Assembly: GCA_045640805.1 (NCBI GenBank)
Contig: JAZUFS010000297.1
Span: 1 to 34,482, forward strand
DNA: 34,482 nucleotides
Direction of reading: 5' to 3'
Source of the DNA: Treponemataceae bacterium
GTDB lineage: Bacteria; Spirochaetota; Spirochaetia; Treponematales; Treponemataceae
A program made the position numbers and the translations under genes. Below, piece by piece: positions 8,607 through 16,411 of the stretch (within the stretch, counting starts at the first letter, position 1; each line of letters begins with the position of its first letter). The notes under the pieces were generated by a model that was not told the origin of the DNA, did not search any database, and saw only the letters and a list, made by a program, of their open reading frames with translations.

Positions 8607-10814
8607 ATGGACAAACGGAATCACAAGCTGCTTTATGTATGCTTTACCATTTTTCTTCTTCTTCTCATTTCAGCTGTTCTTTTTTATACAAGAACAAACA
8701 AGGTTACCTATTCTTTTGTGCAGACAATTACTGAATCGACTGTACGTACTGAAGTCAGCCAGTTTGATCTTAATGTTGACCAGTCTGTACGAATACTTCA
8801 GGCAATCGGAGAAGGACTTCCGGATGATCTGAATACAGATGACATTGAAGAAGTATCCCATCAGCTTGCCCGTTATGGCGTTCTGTACAATATCGAGTCA
8901 CTCTACCTAATCCGTAAAGACGGAACAGGCATTACATACAACAACCAGACCTCACACCTGCATTTTTCTGACGCGTATTCACTGTTTACATCAGGAAAAT
9001 CAATAAGTACAGGCATTGAAATTCCAAACCGTCTGGAAGAAACATTTTTCTATGTAGCCATCCCAATCCGAAAGAATCAGGATGTAGATTATGTTCTGAA
9101 AGCTTATTACAGTAATCAGACAATAAAAAACATCCTTCTTTTCCCGTTTATTGAGAATGTAAGATACGGTCTTGTAACACAGAGTGGTATGGCCGTTACT
9201 GAATCAGTTGCAAAGTTTACCGACCTGGATTTCCTGCAGCAGCTTACCATCATGAAGCCTGGTTTTTTCAAGTATAAACTCAACGATGGAGACTTTCTGA
9301 TCTATCACTCACCGACAAGCTGTAACGGTATTTATTTCTTCCTGGAAGTTCCGGTCAAATCAATCAACAGCATGACAAGAGGCTTGAAACAGAACGGAAT
9401 TGCCTTTGCCGTCATCATCATTATTCTGAGCACTTTCCTTATCATCTTCCTCGTGAAATCTGAACACGAGCAGAGGAATGACATCCTCAAACTGTCAGAG
9501 AAACTCAGACACAGTGAGGCGCGTTACCAGAACGCATTCAATTACAAAGACAACATTGCGTGGGAATATAATCCGCTGTCAAAAGAACTGACTGCCGTCA
9601 TCAAACGTAAAGATGGCAGGAATAAAGAACTGAAGATTTCTAACGCTGTCGAGACGTTAATCCAGAACAAGATTATACACCCCGATTACATTGACGAGTT
9701 CAAACGTTTTGCCGGACAGATTTTCGCCGATCCGCCATACACGACAAGTATTCTCAAACTCAGGGCATTAAGCGGCGGTGACTATTATTGGGCGCGTCTT
9801 TCATTCATTATTTCCTCAGACGAAAAAACTGACACACAGACAATTCTTGGTCTTAGCGAAGATATTTCAGATATCAAGGAAGTTCAGGACAAATATAATC
9901 AGGAAAAACAGACTATTGCCGCAATGACAGACAACTCAGTGTGTTACTATCTCCTGAACCTCACGACAGGACTCATTCTCGAGAAAAAGAGCCGTGACAT
10001 TCCGAAATCAGACCTTGAAAAGCTTAAGACTATAGAAGAACTTGTTTTGAAAGAAATTTCATTCGTTCACGACAAGGATGACATTCAGAAACTTAAAGAG
10101 GCATGTACTGTCCAGAAGATTAATGAACTTCTTGAGTCAGGAAAAGATTTCGAGGATGTAGAATACAGACGCCGTTCTCCAGCGTCAGGTACCATTGAAT
10201 GGATTTCTCTCGCCGCACGGCCGATGAAAACTCCGAACAATGATGTTGTCGTGGCAATCCAGCTCGTCAACATTGATAACCGCAAAAAGCAGGAAATGAT
10301 TCTGCAGCGTCACGCTGAACGTGATCTTCTTACTGACCTTTATAACAAGATGACAATGTCATCCCTCATAAACGATTACCTGAAACTTGACCGTAAAGAA
10401 GGTCAGATTGATGCGCTCATAATGCTCGATGCAGATAATTACAAATCGGTCAACGATACATTCGGCCACGTTTTCGGCGACAAGGTTCTTATCGACATTG
10501 CAGATTCACTCAAATCGAACGTCAAGCATTGTGACCTTGTCGGACGTGTCGGTGGTGACGAATTTATGGTCTTCCTCAAGGATATGCGATGCAAGGATGA
10601 CATTGAATCAATCCTCAAGCGTATCAGTGAGGGCATTCAGCATACATACGCTGAAAATGATGTCGAAGTCAGTATTTCAGCCTCAATCGGTGTCGCGTAC
10701 GTAACTCAGGATATCAAGTCATTCCAGCCTTTGTACAAACTTGCTGACGAGGCATTGTACGACGCAAAAAAATCCGGAAAAAACTGCTACAAATTTGCCA
10801 AAGCAACAGAATAA
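8607..10814 (+). CDS. Membrane-bound diguanylate cyclase (TM - periplasmic sensor - TM - PAS-like repeats - GGDEF)
   Basis: 735 aa. TM1 is LLYVCFTIFLLLLISAVLFY and TM2 is IAFAVIIIILSTFLIIFLV. The C-terminal GGDEF domain carries an intact active-site motif (RVGGDEFMVFL) and YNKMTM...DADNYKSVNDTFGH. Confidence 0.9.
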   Translation: MDKRNHKLLYVCFTIFLLLLISAVLFYTRTNKVTYSFVQTITESTVRTEVSQFDLNVDQSVRILQAIGEGLPDDLNTDDIEEVSHQLARYGVLYNIESLYLIRKDGTGITYNNQTSHLHFSDAYSLFTSGKSISTGIEIPNRLEETFFYVAIPIRKNQDVDYVLKAYYSNQTIKNILLFPFIENVRYGLVTQSGMAVTESVAKFTDLDFLQQLTIMKPGFFKYKLNDGDFLIYHSPTSCNGIYFFLEVPVKSINSMTRGLKQNGIAFAVIIIILSTFLIIFLVKSEHEQRNDILKLSEKLRHSEARYQNAFNYKDNIAWEYNPLSKELTAVIKRKDGRNKELKISNAVETLIQNKIIHPDYIDEFKRFAGQIFADPPYTTSILKLRALSGGDYYWARLSFIISSDEKTDTQTILGLSEDISDIKEVQDKYNQEKQTIAAMTDNSVCYYLLNLTTGLILEKKSRDIPKSDLEKLKTIEELVLKEISFVHDKDDIQKLKEACTVQKINELLESGKDFEDVEYRRRSPASGTIEWISLAARPMKTPNNDVVVAIQLVNIDNRKKQEMILQRHAERDLLTDLYNKMTMSSLINDYLKLDRKEGQIDALIMLDADNYKSVNDTFGHVFGDKVLIDIADSLKSNVKHCDLVGRVGGDEFMVFLKDMRCKDDIESILKRISEGIQHTYAENDVEVSISASIGVAYVTQDIKSFQPLYKLADEALYDAKKSGKNCYKFAKATE

Positions 10815-10845
10815 GTGATATCCTTGAAGATAAGGAGTATTCACA

Positions 10846-11964
10846 ATGTCTGAATCAAACGTTTATTTCACAACGTTCCGTACAACCTTCTCAGAAAATC
10901 TGCTTCAGAAATTGCGCCGCTTAGTAAAGGCTGCCGGAATAGACACTATCGATTTTACCGATAAGTTTACCGCAATCAAAATGCATTTCGGAGAACCTGG
11001 AAACCTCGCATTCCTGCGCCCGAATTTCGCAAAAGTAATTGCCGATATCGTAAAGGAAAATGGCGGAAAACCATTCCTTACCGACTGTAACACGCTGTAT
11101 GTAGGCGGCCGTAAAAACGCCCCTGATCATCTTGATGCAGCATGTATGAACGGATTTAATCCACTCACAACCGGATGCCAGATTCTCATAGCAGACGGAC
11201 TCAAGGGAACTGATGACATTGAAGTTCCTGTAAAGAATGGTGTTTACTGCAAAACAGCAAAAATCGGACGCGCCGTAATGGACGCGGATGTATTCATCTC
11301 CCTCAATCACTTCAAGGGTCATGAAAATGCAGGCTTCGGCGGTGCCCTCAAGAACATCGGTATGGGATGCGGTTCACGTGCCGGCAAGATGGAGATGCAT
11401 CACGCCGGAAAACCAAACGTAAACCAGGGCCTCTGCATCGGCTGCGGTGCATGTACACGCAGTTGCGCTCATACGGGTGTCACAATCTCCGAAGTCAACG
11501 GCAAGAAGAAGGCATTTGTCGACCACAATAAGTGCGTCGGTTGCGGTCGCTGCATCGGCGTCTGCCCCAAGGATGCAATGCAGCCAGGCGACCCGGACTC
11601 CAATGAGAAGCTCAACTGCAAGATTGCAGAATACGCCTCAGCAGTAATTACCGGACGCCCTAATTTCCATGTCTCTCTCGTCATGGATCTTTCTCCGAAC
11701 TGTGACTGCCATTCAGAAAATGACGCCCCGTTCGCACCTGATGTCGGCATGTTCGCCTCTTTCGACCCGGTAGCCCTTGATCAGGCCTGTGCCGATGCCG
11801 TTAATGCCATGCCACAGCTTTCCGGTTCCTGCCTTGATGAAATGCCGTGCGAGACACACGATCACTTCATCAATGTACATCCAGACACAGACTGGCACAG
11901 TCAGGTAGAACACGGCGAGAAGATTGGTCTTGGAACAAGAAATTACAAGCTGATTAAGATTTAA
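10846..11964 (+). CDS. DUF362-domain protein with inserted 2x[4Fe-4S] ferredoxin motif
   Basis: 372 aa. Two CxxCxxCxxxC(P) clusters (CIGCGACTRSC and CVGCGRCIGVCP) plus a CDCH motif. AAGGAG SD, starting 31 nt after the GGDEF gene. Confidence 0.8.
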   Translation: MSESNVYFTTFRTTFSENLLQKLRRLVKAAGIDTIDFTDKFTAIKMHFGEPGNLAFLRPNFAKVIADIVKENGGKPFLTDCNTLYVGGRKNAPDHLDAACMNGFNPLTTGCQILIADGLKGTDDIEVPVKNGVYCKTAKIGRAVMDADVFISLNHFKGHENAGFGGALKNIGMGCGSRAGKMEMHHAGKPNVNQGLCIGCGACTRSCAHTGVTISEVNGKKKAFVDHNKCVGCGRCIGVCPKDAMQPGDPDSNEKLNCKIAEYASAVITGRPNFHVSLVMDLSPNCDCHSENDAPFAPDVGMFASFDPVALDQACADAVNAMPQLSGSCLDEMPCETHDHFINVHPDTDWHSQVEHGEKIGLGTRNYKLIKI

Positions 11965-12805
11965 GTTTCAGGCTCACTTCGCCTGAAAGAAGTTCTTTCG
12001 TTTCAGAAGATGCCGCTTCACCGTTTCCGTCCACAGGGCGAACGATGAGGTGGCATTTTTTTGTCACTTCAAGTACATCTGCAGGATAGCTTTCATTTCC
12101 CGCAAGTACTGTCACACGCTTTCCTACAACAAGCGATCTCTGCTGGTACTCGCCGATAGTCTCATCTGTAGAATCTGCATTGAAGACGATTTGCAACTGA
12201 ACAAGCAGCTCTGAAAGAAAACTATCGGTAGTTAGTGCAGCGCCCCATGTAGTATTTGCCATGTCAGCATTTTCTGCCCCAGCAGTTTCTGACGCGGGAA
12301 GTATTGCCGTGACAATATCGCGCAGTTCTGGCGGGAAACCGTCAGCAGGTTCGCGTACATTCACCCCGATCCCTACTATCAACGCGTCAATGCGGCCTTC
12401 TGGCGACAGTGTACCTTCGGTAAGGATGCCACACACTTTTTTTCCATCAAGATAAACGTCATTTACCCATTTTATGAGCGCTTTCCTGCCAGAAAGCTTC
12501 TCAATGGTACGGCAAACCGCCACCCCGGCTGCTGGCGTGACAAGATCGGACGTAATCAAACTATCGGTCGGTCGTAATATCAGGCTCGTGTACAGCCCGG
12601 TTCCCGACGGAGAATAAAACTGACGTCCCTCTACACGACCACGACCTGCCGTCTGATACTCTGCCGTAATGACAGTGCCGTCAAGTTCAGCTACCGTCCG
12701 GTCGTTTAACAGCCGTCGTGCTTCATTATTCGTTGAATCTATCTCTTGAAAATGAATCCGCTTCTCTGGCGGAAACATGCGGACAGCATCATTTTGCACT
12801 ATCAC
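11954..12805 (-). CDS. birA: Biotin--[acetyl-CoA-carboxylase] ligase, class I (no N-terminal HTH)
   Basis: QEIDSTNNEA, the biotin-binding loop QTAGRGRVEGRQFYSPSGTGLYTSLILRP and KWVNDVYLDGKKVCGIL are present. The listed start is GTG 12805 (17-nt overlap with the upstream gene). ATG 12778 is an alternative start. Confidence 0.85.
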   Translation of the reverse strand: MIVQNDAVRMFPPEKRIHFQEIDSTNNEARRLLNDRTVAELDGTVITAEYQTAGRGRVEGRQFYSPSGTGLYTSLILRPTDSLITSDLVTPAAGVAVCRTIEKLSGRKALIKWVNDVYLDGKKVCGILTEGTLSPEGRIDALIVGIGVNVREPADGFPPELRDIVTAILPASETAGAENADMANTTWGAALTTDSFLSELLVQLQIVFNADSTDETIGEYQQRSLVVGKRVTVLAGNESYPADVLEVTKKCHLIVRPVDGNGEAASSETKELLSGEVSLKLKS

Positions 12806-13436
12806 CGCCCCCGAGTGTCTGGAAGCTTTCTACATCAATACAATACGTGACACCGCTTCCTTTGGCAGCAAGACAAGGCAAAGATTTTACTGCGTCAACT
12901 ATTTCTGCAGCCTTACCTTTTTCTGCAAGAATAAGGAGCATTTCTTTTTCCGGGACAATCGTAATTCCGAAGAACTTTGCATCATCCTCTTTTCCGGTAC
13001 CACGTGCGTTAATGATTGTTCCTCCGCTTGCACCAGCTTTTCGTGCAGCAGCCATTACATCATCCGCATATCCTGAATTAACAATTATGCTGATCAGTGT
13101 GTGTGTTCCATCTTTCATATCTGCTCCTTTATCAATTATTTCTTCATTTGCCTTAAAAGCATTCATTACATCTAGTTCAAATACTATACCGAATCCCTTT
13201 TTCTCAAGTTTTCCGGCTTCTACAACAGCATTCCAGATTGCATCCCTCTGTTCATTCTGAACGAGCGTATATACAAGTTCCTTACTCGTGTCAGCAAGTC
13301 CCAGAAGCTCAATTATCTGATTTCTTGCAGTTCCGCGGCCAAACATGACCGTAGCACCACCGGCACCTGCCTTCTTGATTACCTGAGTTATACTGTCTCC
13401 ACGATGTCTAGGAACTATGCAGATCAACAGTTTCAT
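12789..13436 (-). CDS. Fused tandem P-II (GlnB)-like signal-transduction protein
   Basis: 215 aa made of two ~95-aa repeats, each beginning with beta-strand, helix and a Gly-rich loop (MKLLICIVPRHRGDSITQVIKKAGAGGATVMFGRGTA and HTLISIIVNSGYADDVMAAARKAGASGGTIINARGTG). Its start overlaps the DUF1538 stop (ATGA 13433-13436). Confidence 0.7.
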   Translation of the reverse strand: MKLLICIVPRHRGDSITQVIKKAGAGGATVMFGRGTARNQIIELLGLADTSKELVYTLVQNEQRDAIWNAVVEAGKLEKKGFGIVFELDVMNAFKANEEIIDKGADMKDGTHTLISIIVNSGYADDVMAAARKAGASGGTIINARGTGKEDDAKFFGITIVPEKEMLLILAEKGKAAEIVDAVKSLPCLAAKGSGVTYCIDVESFQTLGGGDSAK

Positions 13437-14887
13437 GCGGCGCCTCCTTTATGGGAATAAATCAATCCCAGCACCTGAATGGCTATTAACGGAGTCATTG
13501 CAACAAGTGCTATGACACCAAACGCATCTGTAAGCGGATTGCCTCCACTTGCCTGTGATGCACCAAGTGTAAACGATAGAATGAAAGTGGATGTCATCGG
13601 TCCCGATGCAACTCCACCTGAATCAAATGCGATGGCCGTAAACAGTTTCGGGCAGAAGAACGTCAGGAAAAGAGCTATCGTGTAGCCCGGAATAAGGATG
13701 TACCAGATACTGAAACGGAAAAGAACCCGTGTCATGGCAAGTCCGATTGCACATGCCACACCGGCAGAGAGTGTCAGAAGCAGCACTTTCCGCTTGATGG
13801 CACCTCCCGAAATATCTTCTACCTGTTCAGTAAGTACCCATACGGCAGGTTCTGCACAGACAACTACTGCGCCTATCACGATGCCCAGCACAATAAGTAC
13901 GTTTCTGTACGACGACGCGCCTATCATACTTCCGATAATTTCGCCGACCGGCATGAATCCGCCGTTTACGCCTGTCAGGAACATGACAAGTCCGACAAAA
14001 GCGTACACAAGACCAAAGCACATACGGATAAACTGTCTCGGCGGTAAATGAAGGAGCCAGAACTGGAACAGCAGGAGCATGCCTACAAGTGGCAGGAGCG
14101 CCAATGCGGACTCTTTCAAAACGTCAGGAAGCAGATCTGCGAATACACGTAATCCTTCAGGAGACGCTGCAGCCGCAGATTCGGCGGCAACTTCTGCTGC
14201 AGCACCTGCCCCTGAGGCACGCGATGTCGCAAGGCCAAGAATAAGCACTGCCATTATCGGGCCTATGGAAGCAATTCCCGTAAGGCCGAAACTGTCATCC
14301 TTATTGTTTTTGCTGGCGACACCCATTCCCAGGGCAAAGATGAACGGCACCGTCATCGGACCTGTCGTTGCACCACTGGCATCAAATGCAAGCGGAACGA
14401 ACGTCTCGTCTGTAAACGCCGCCATCACGAAAATAATGACATAGCCGATTGTGACGAACCATTTCATCGGTATCTGGAGTACGGTCCTCATAAGACCTAG
14501 CGCCACGAAAAGACCTATTCCCACTGCAATTGCCACGACAAGCACGGTATCGCTTATGGCCGGATTTATCGAGCAGATCTGCCGCGCAAGTACCTGCACG
14601 TCAGGTTCGGCGATTGTGACCATAAATCCGATAATGAACGCTGCACTAAGAAGCAAAGGAAGATTCCTCTTTCTTGTAAGTGCGGTTCCGGCTTTTTCTC
14701 CAATGGGAATAATGCCGATGTCAGCTCCTAACAGGAAAATCGTAAGACCAAGGATAGTAAGCACCGTTCCAAAAAGAAACTGAAACGTCATAGTTACACC
14801 CAGTGGCGTTACCGTAAAATCCAGAAGAAGCACAATCGCCGCTATTGGCAATATCGATGTTGCATTTTCTTTAAGTTTGCCTAACAC
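13433..14887 (-). CDS. Duplicated DUF1538-family integral membrane protein (putative transporter/channel)
   Basis: 484-aa polytopic protein. Its two homologous halves share AEPDVQVLA/AEPAVWVLT and AFDASGATTGPMTVPF/AFDSGGVASGPMTSTF, joined by an Ala-rich linker. The family assignment is from memory of DUF1538 signatures. Confidence 0.75.
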   Translation of the reverse strand: MLGKLKENATSILPIAAIVLLLDFTVTPLGVTMTFQFLFGTVLTILGLTIFLLGADIGIIPIGEKAGTALTRKRNLPLLLSAAFIIGFMVTIAEPDVQVLARQICSINPAISDTVLVVAIAVGIGLFVALGLMRTVLQIPMKWFVTIGYVIIFVMAAFTDETFVPLAFDASGATTGPMTVPFIFALGMGVASKNNKDDSFGLTGIASIGPIMAVLILGLATSRASGAGAAAEVAAESAAAASPEGLRVFADLLPDVLKESALALLPLVGMLLLFQFWLLHLPPRQFIRMCFGLVYAFVGLVMFLTGVNGGFMPVGEIIGSMIGASSYRNVLIVLGIVIGAVVVCAEPAVWVLTEQVEDISGGAIKRKVLLLTLSAGVACAIGLAMTRVLFRFSIWYILIPGYTIALFLTFFCPKLFTAIAFDSGGVASGPMTSTFILSFTLGASQASGGNPLTDAFGVIALVAMTPLIAIQVLGLIYSHKGGAA

Positions 14888-14904
14888 TCGTTCGGTACCT
14901 TATA

Positions 14905-15399
14905 TCAATAACACTTATAGCCTTTTTCTGCTATTCCCTTAACCCATCTGGCTGCCCATTCCCTGGCAGTCTTCAAGTCATGTTCCTTGTAATTTCCGCA
15001 CTCCTTGGGAGCAGCACCCGGAATCGGTTTGTCATCCGGCCATGCAGCAACTTTTGTAAGTACGTTCACCATCCTGTCGGCAATGTCTTTTTCTTCCTGT
15101 TTGCCGAACACCGTCAGATAGAATCCCGTCCTGCACCCCATCGGCGAGAAATCAATAACGCCGTCAATCTCATCCCGGATATATTCCGCAATCAGATGCT
15201 CCAGCGTATGAAGCCCGGCCTGCGGCAGAAATTCCACGTTAGGCTGGGTAAAGCGCACATCAAATTTCGTGACGATATCGCCTTTAGGGCCTTCCTTTTC
15301 TGCAGCCTGACGCACATACGGTGCCTTTACCTTTGTGTGGTCCAGATTGAAACTGTCTACCTTGTAATTCTTTCCGTTTGAAAGTTCTGCTATCATCAC
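14905..15399 (-). CDS. luxS: S-ribosylhomocysteine lyase
   Basis: 164 aa. Metal-binding HTLEHL motif, MGCRTGFY and FDVRFTQPN are typical of LuxS. The start overlaps the mtnN stop (ATGA). Confidence 0.95.
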   Translation of the reverse strand: MMIAELSNGKNYKVDSFNLDHTKVKAPYVRQAAEKEGPKGDIVTKFDVRFTQPNVEFLPQAGLHTLEHLIAEYIRDEIDGVIDFSPMGCRTGFYLTVFGKQEEKDIADRMVNVLTKVAAWPDDKPIPGAAPKECGNYKEHDLKTAREWAARWVKGIAEKGYKCY

Positions 15400-16094
15400 A
15401 GTACCTCTATGGTTTTTGTCGTTATGTAAGCGCTTTCTGCAGCGGCTTCATCTTCCCTGTACACTTCATCCGTTTTTTCTGCAAGGTCAGATACACAGCG
15501 GATAATGACATATGGAATTCTGTTCACGTAACATACCTGAGCAACAGCAGCGCCTTCCATTTCACAGCAGGAAGCACCGCACATATCAATTATCTGCTTT
15601 TTAATTTCAGGTGAGTTGACGAAAACATCTCCCGTAGCAATTCTTCCCCGGATAATCTTTCTCGTAAGCTTACCTTCATCCTTTCCTTTCTGATAAGCCG
15701 TTTCTACAGCTTTTATCAGCATCTCATCAGCCGGGAACGCAACGGTATCAAATCCAGGAACCTGACAGCGCTTGTAACCGAAATCGACCGCATTCATATC
15801 ATGATGAAGCGCATCCGTTGAAACAACCGTATCCATGACGGCAAGACGCGGATCAAGTCCACCTGCAACACCTGAATTAATGACATGCGTAACACCGAAC
15901 GTAAGGATGAGAATTTCCGTGCAAAGAGCGGCATTTACCTTTCCTACGCCACATTTTGTCACGACAACCTGTTTTCCGTACAGTTCGCCTTCCACAAAAG
16001 AAATATTGGAAACAACAGATTCATGTGTATTTTCAAGTTCGTCACGGATAGACTGTACTTCGACTTCCATGGCGCAAATCAGACCGATTTTCAT
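15396..16094 (-). CDS. mtnN: 5'-methylthioadenosine/S-adenosylhomocysteine nucleosidase
   Basis: MKIGLICAMEVEV..., NSGVAGGL, GDVFV and CEMEGAAVAQV motifs are present. The ORF track extends to a GTG at 16139. ATG 16094 with a GGGGGG SD 3 nt upstream matches the family's usual MKIG N-terminus. Confidence 0.9.
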   Translation of the reverse strand: MKIGLICAMEVEVQSIRDELENTHESVVSNISFVEGELYGKQVVVTKCGVGKVNAALCTEILILTFGVTHVINSGVAGGLDPRLAVMDTVVSTDALHHDMNAVDFGYKRCQVPGFDTVAFPADEMLIKAVETAYQKGKDEGKLTRKIIRGRIATGDVFVNSPEIKKQIIDMCGASCCEMEGAAVAQVCYVNRIPYVIIRCVSDLAEKTDEVYREDEAAAESAYITTKTIEVL

Positions 16095-16280
16095 AAGCCC
16101 CCCAAAATACGGAATTTCTTCCCTATACATAAAATACACACAAATCTGCGGTTTTTCAATCGAAGGATATATTTTTTCCTAAACAGATGAGATGAAAAAC
16201 CACAAAAACTCAGAAAATCGACAAAAAACGGAATTATTTGCAAAATTTTGCAATAAACTGCAATATTTGCGGAAAATGCG

Positions 16281-16309
16281 TTGACATTCTTTTCCATACA
16301 TTCTATATT
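16281..16309 (+). promoter_or_regulatory. Putative sigma70-type promoter upstream of pepF
   Basis: TTGACA (16281-16286), 17-nt spacer, TATATT (16304-16309). Confidence 0.5.
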
Positions 16310-16332
16310 TTCATCAGCAGCAATTCATTTTC

Positions 16333-16376
16333 AAAAGGCCGCTTTTCTCCTCCTTTAGCGGTCTTTTTTATTTTTA
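16333..16376 (+). terminator. Intrinsic-terminator-like hairpin inside the pepF leader
   Basis: AAAAGGCCGCT (16333-16343) pairs with AGCGGTCTTTT (16357-16367) with one G.U pair and a 13-nt loop TTTCTCCTCCTTT, followed by TTTTTTATTTTT. It lies about 20 nt after the predicted TSS and about 40 nt before ATG 16412. Confidence 0.5.
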
Positions 16377-16411
16377 AATCCGGGTTTAGAATATAAGCAA
16401 GAGGATTTAAA

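Noticed and set aside
16095-16139. N-terminal extension of mtnN from GTG 16139 (MYFMYREEIPYFGGL...), and the analogous extension of the PPIase gene from TTG 19378 (19310-19378).
   Set aside because: The internal ATGs give family-typical N-termini (MKIGLICAMEVE, and the lipoprotein signal MKNKRLILL...GGC). The mtnN ATG has a G-rich SD. The PPIase extension would overlap the upstream ORF by 80 nt.
16192-16284. 30-aa highly basic small ORF (MKNHKNSENRQKTELFAKFCNKLQYLRKMR) in the mtnN/pepF intergenic region, and the 68-aa minus-strand ORF 16091-16297.
   Set aside because: Neither has a convincing SD. The + ORF runs through the phased TGCA repeats and the pepF -35 element. The minus ORF overlaps the mtnN start region out of frame. 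The region is better explained as divergent promoter DNA.
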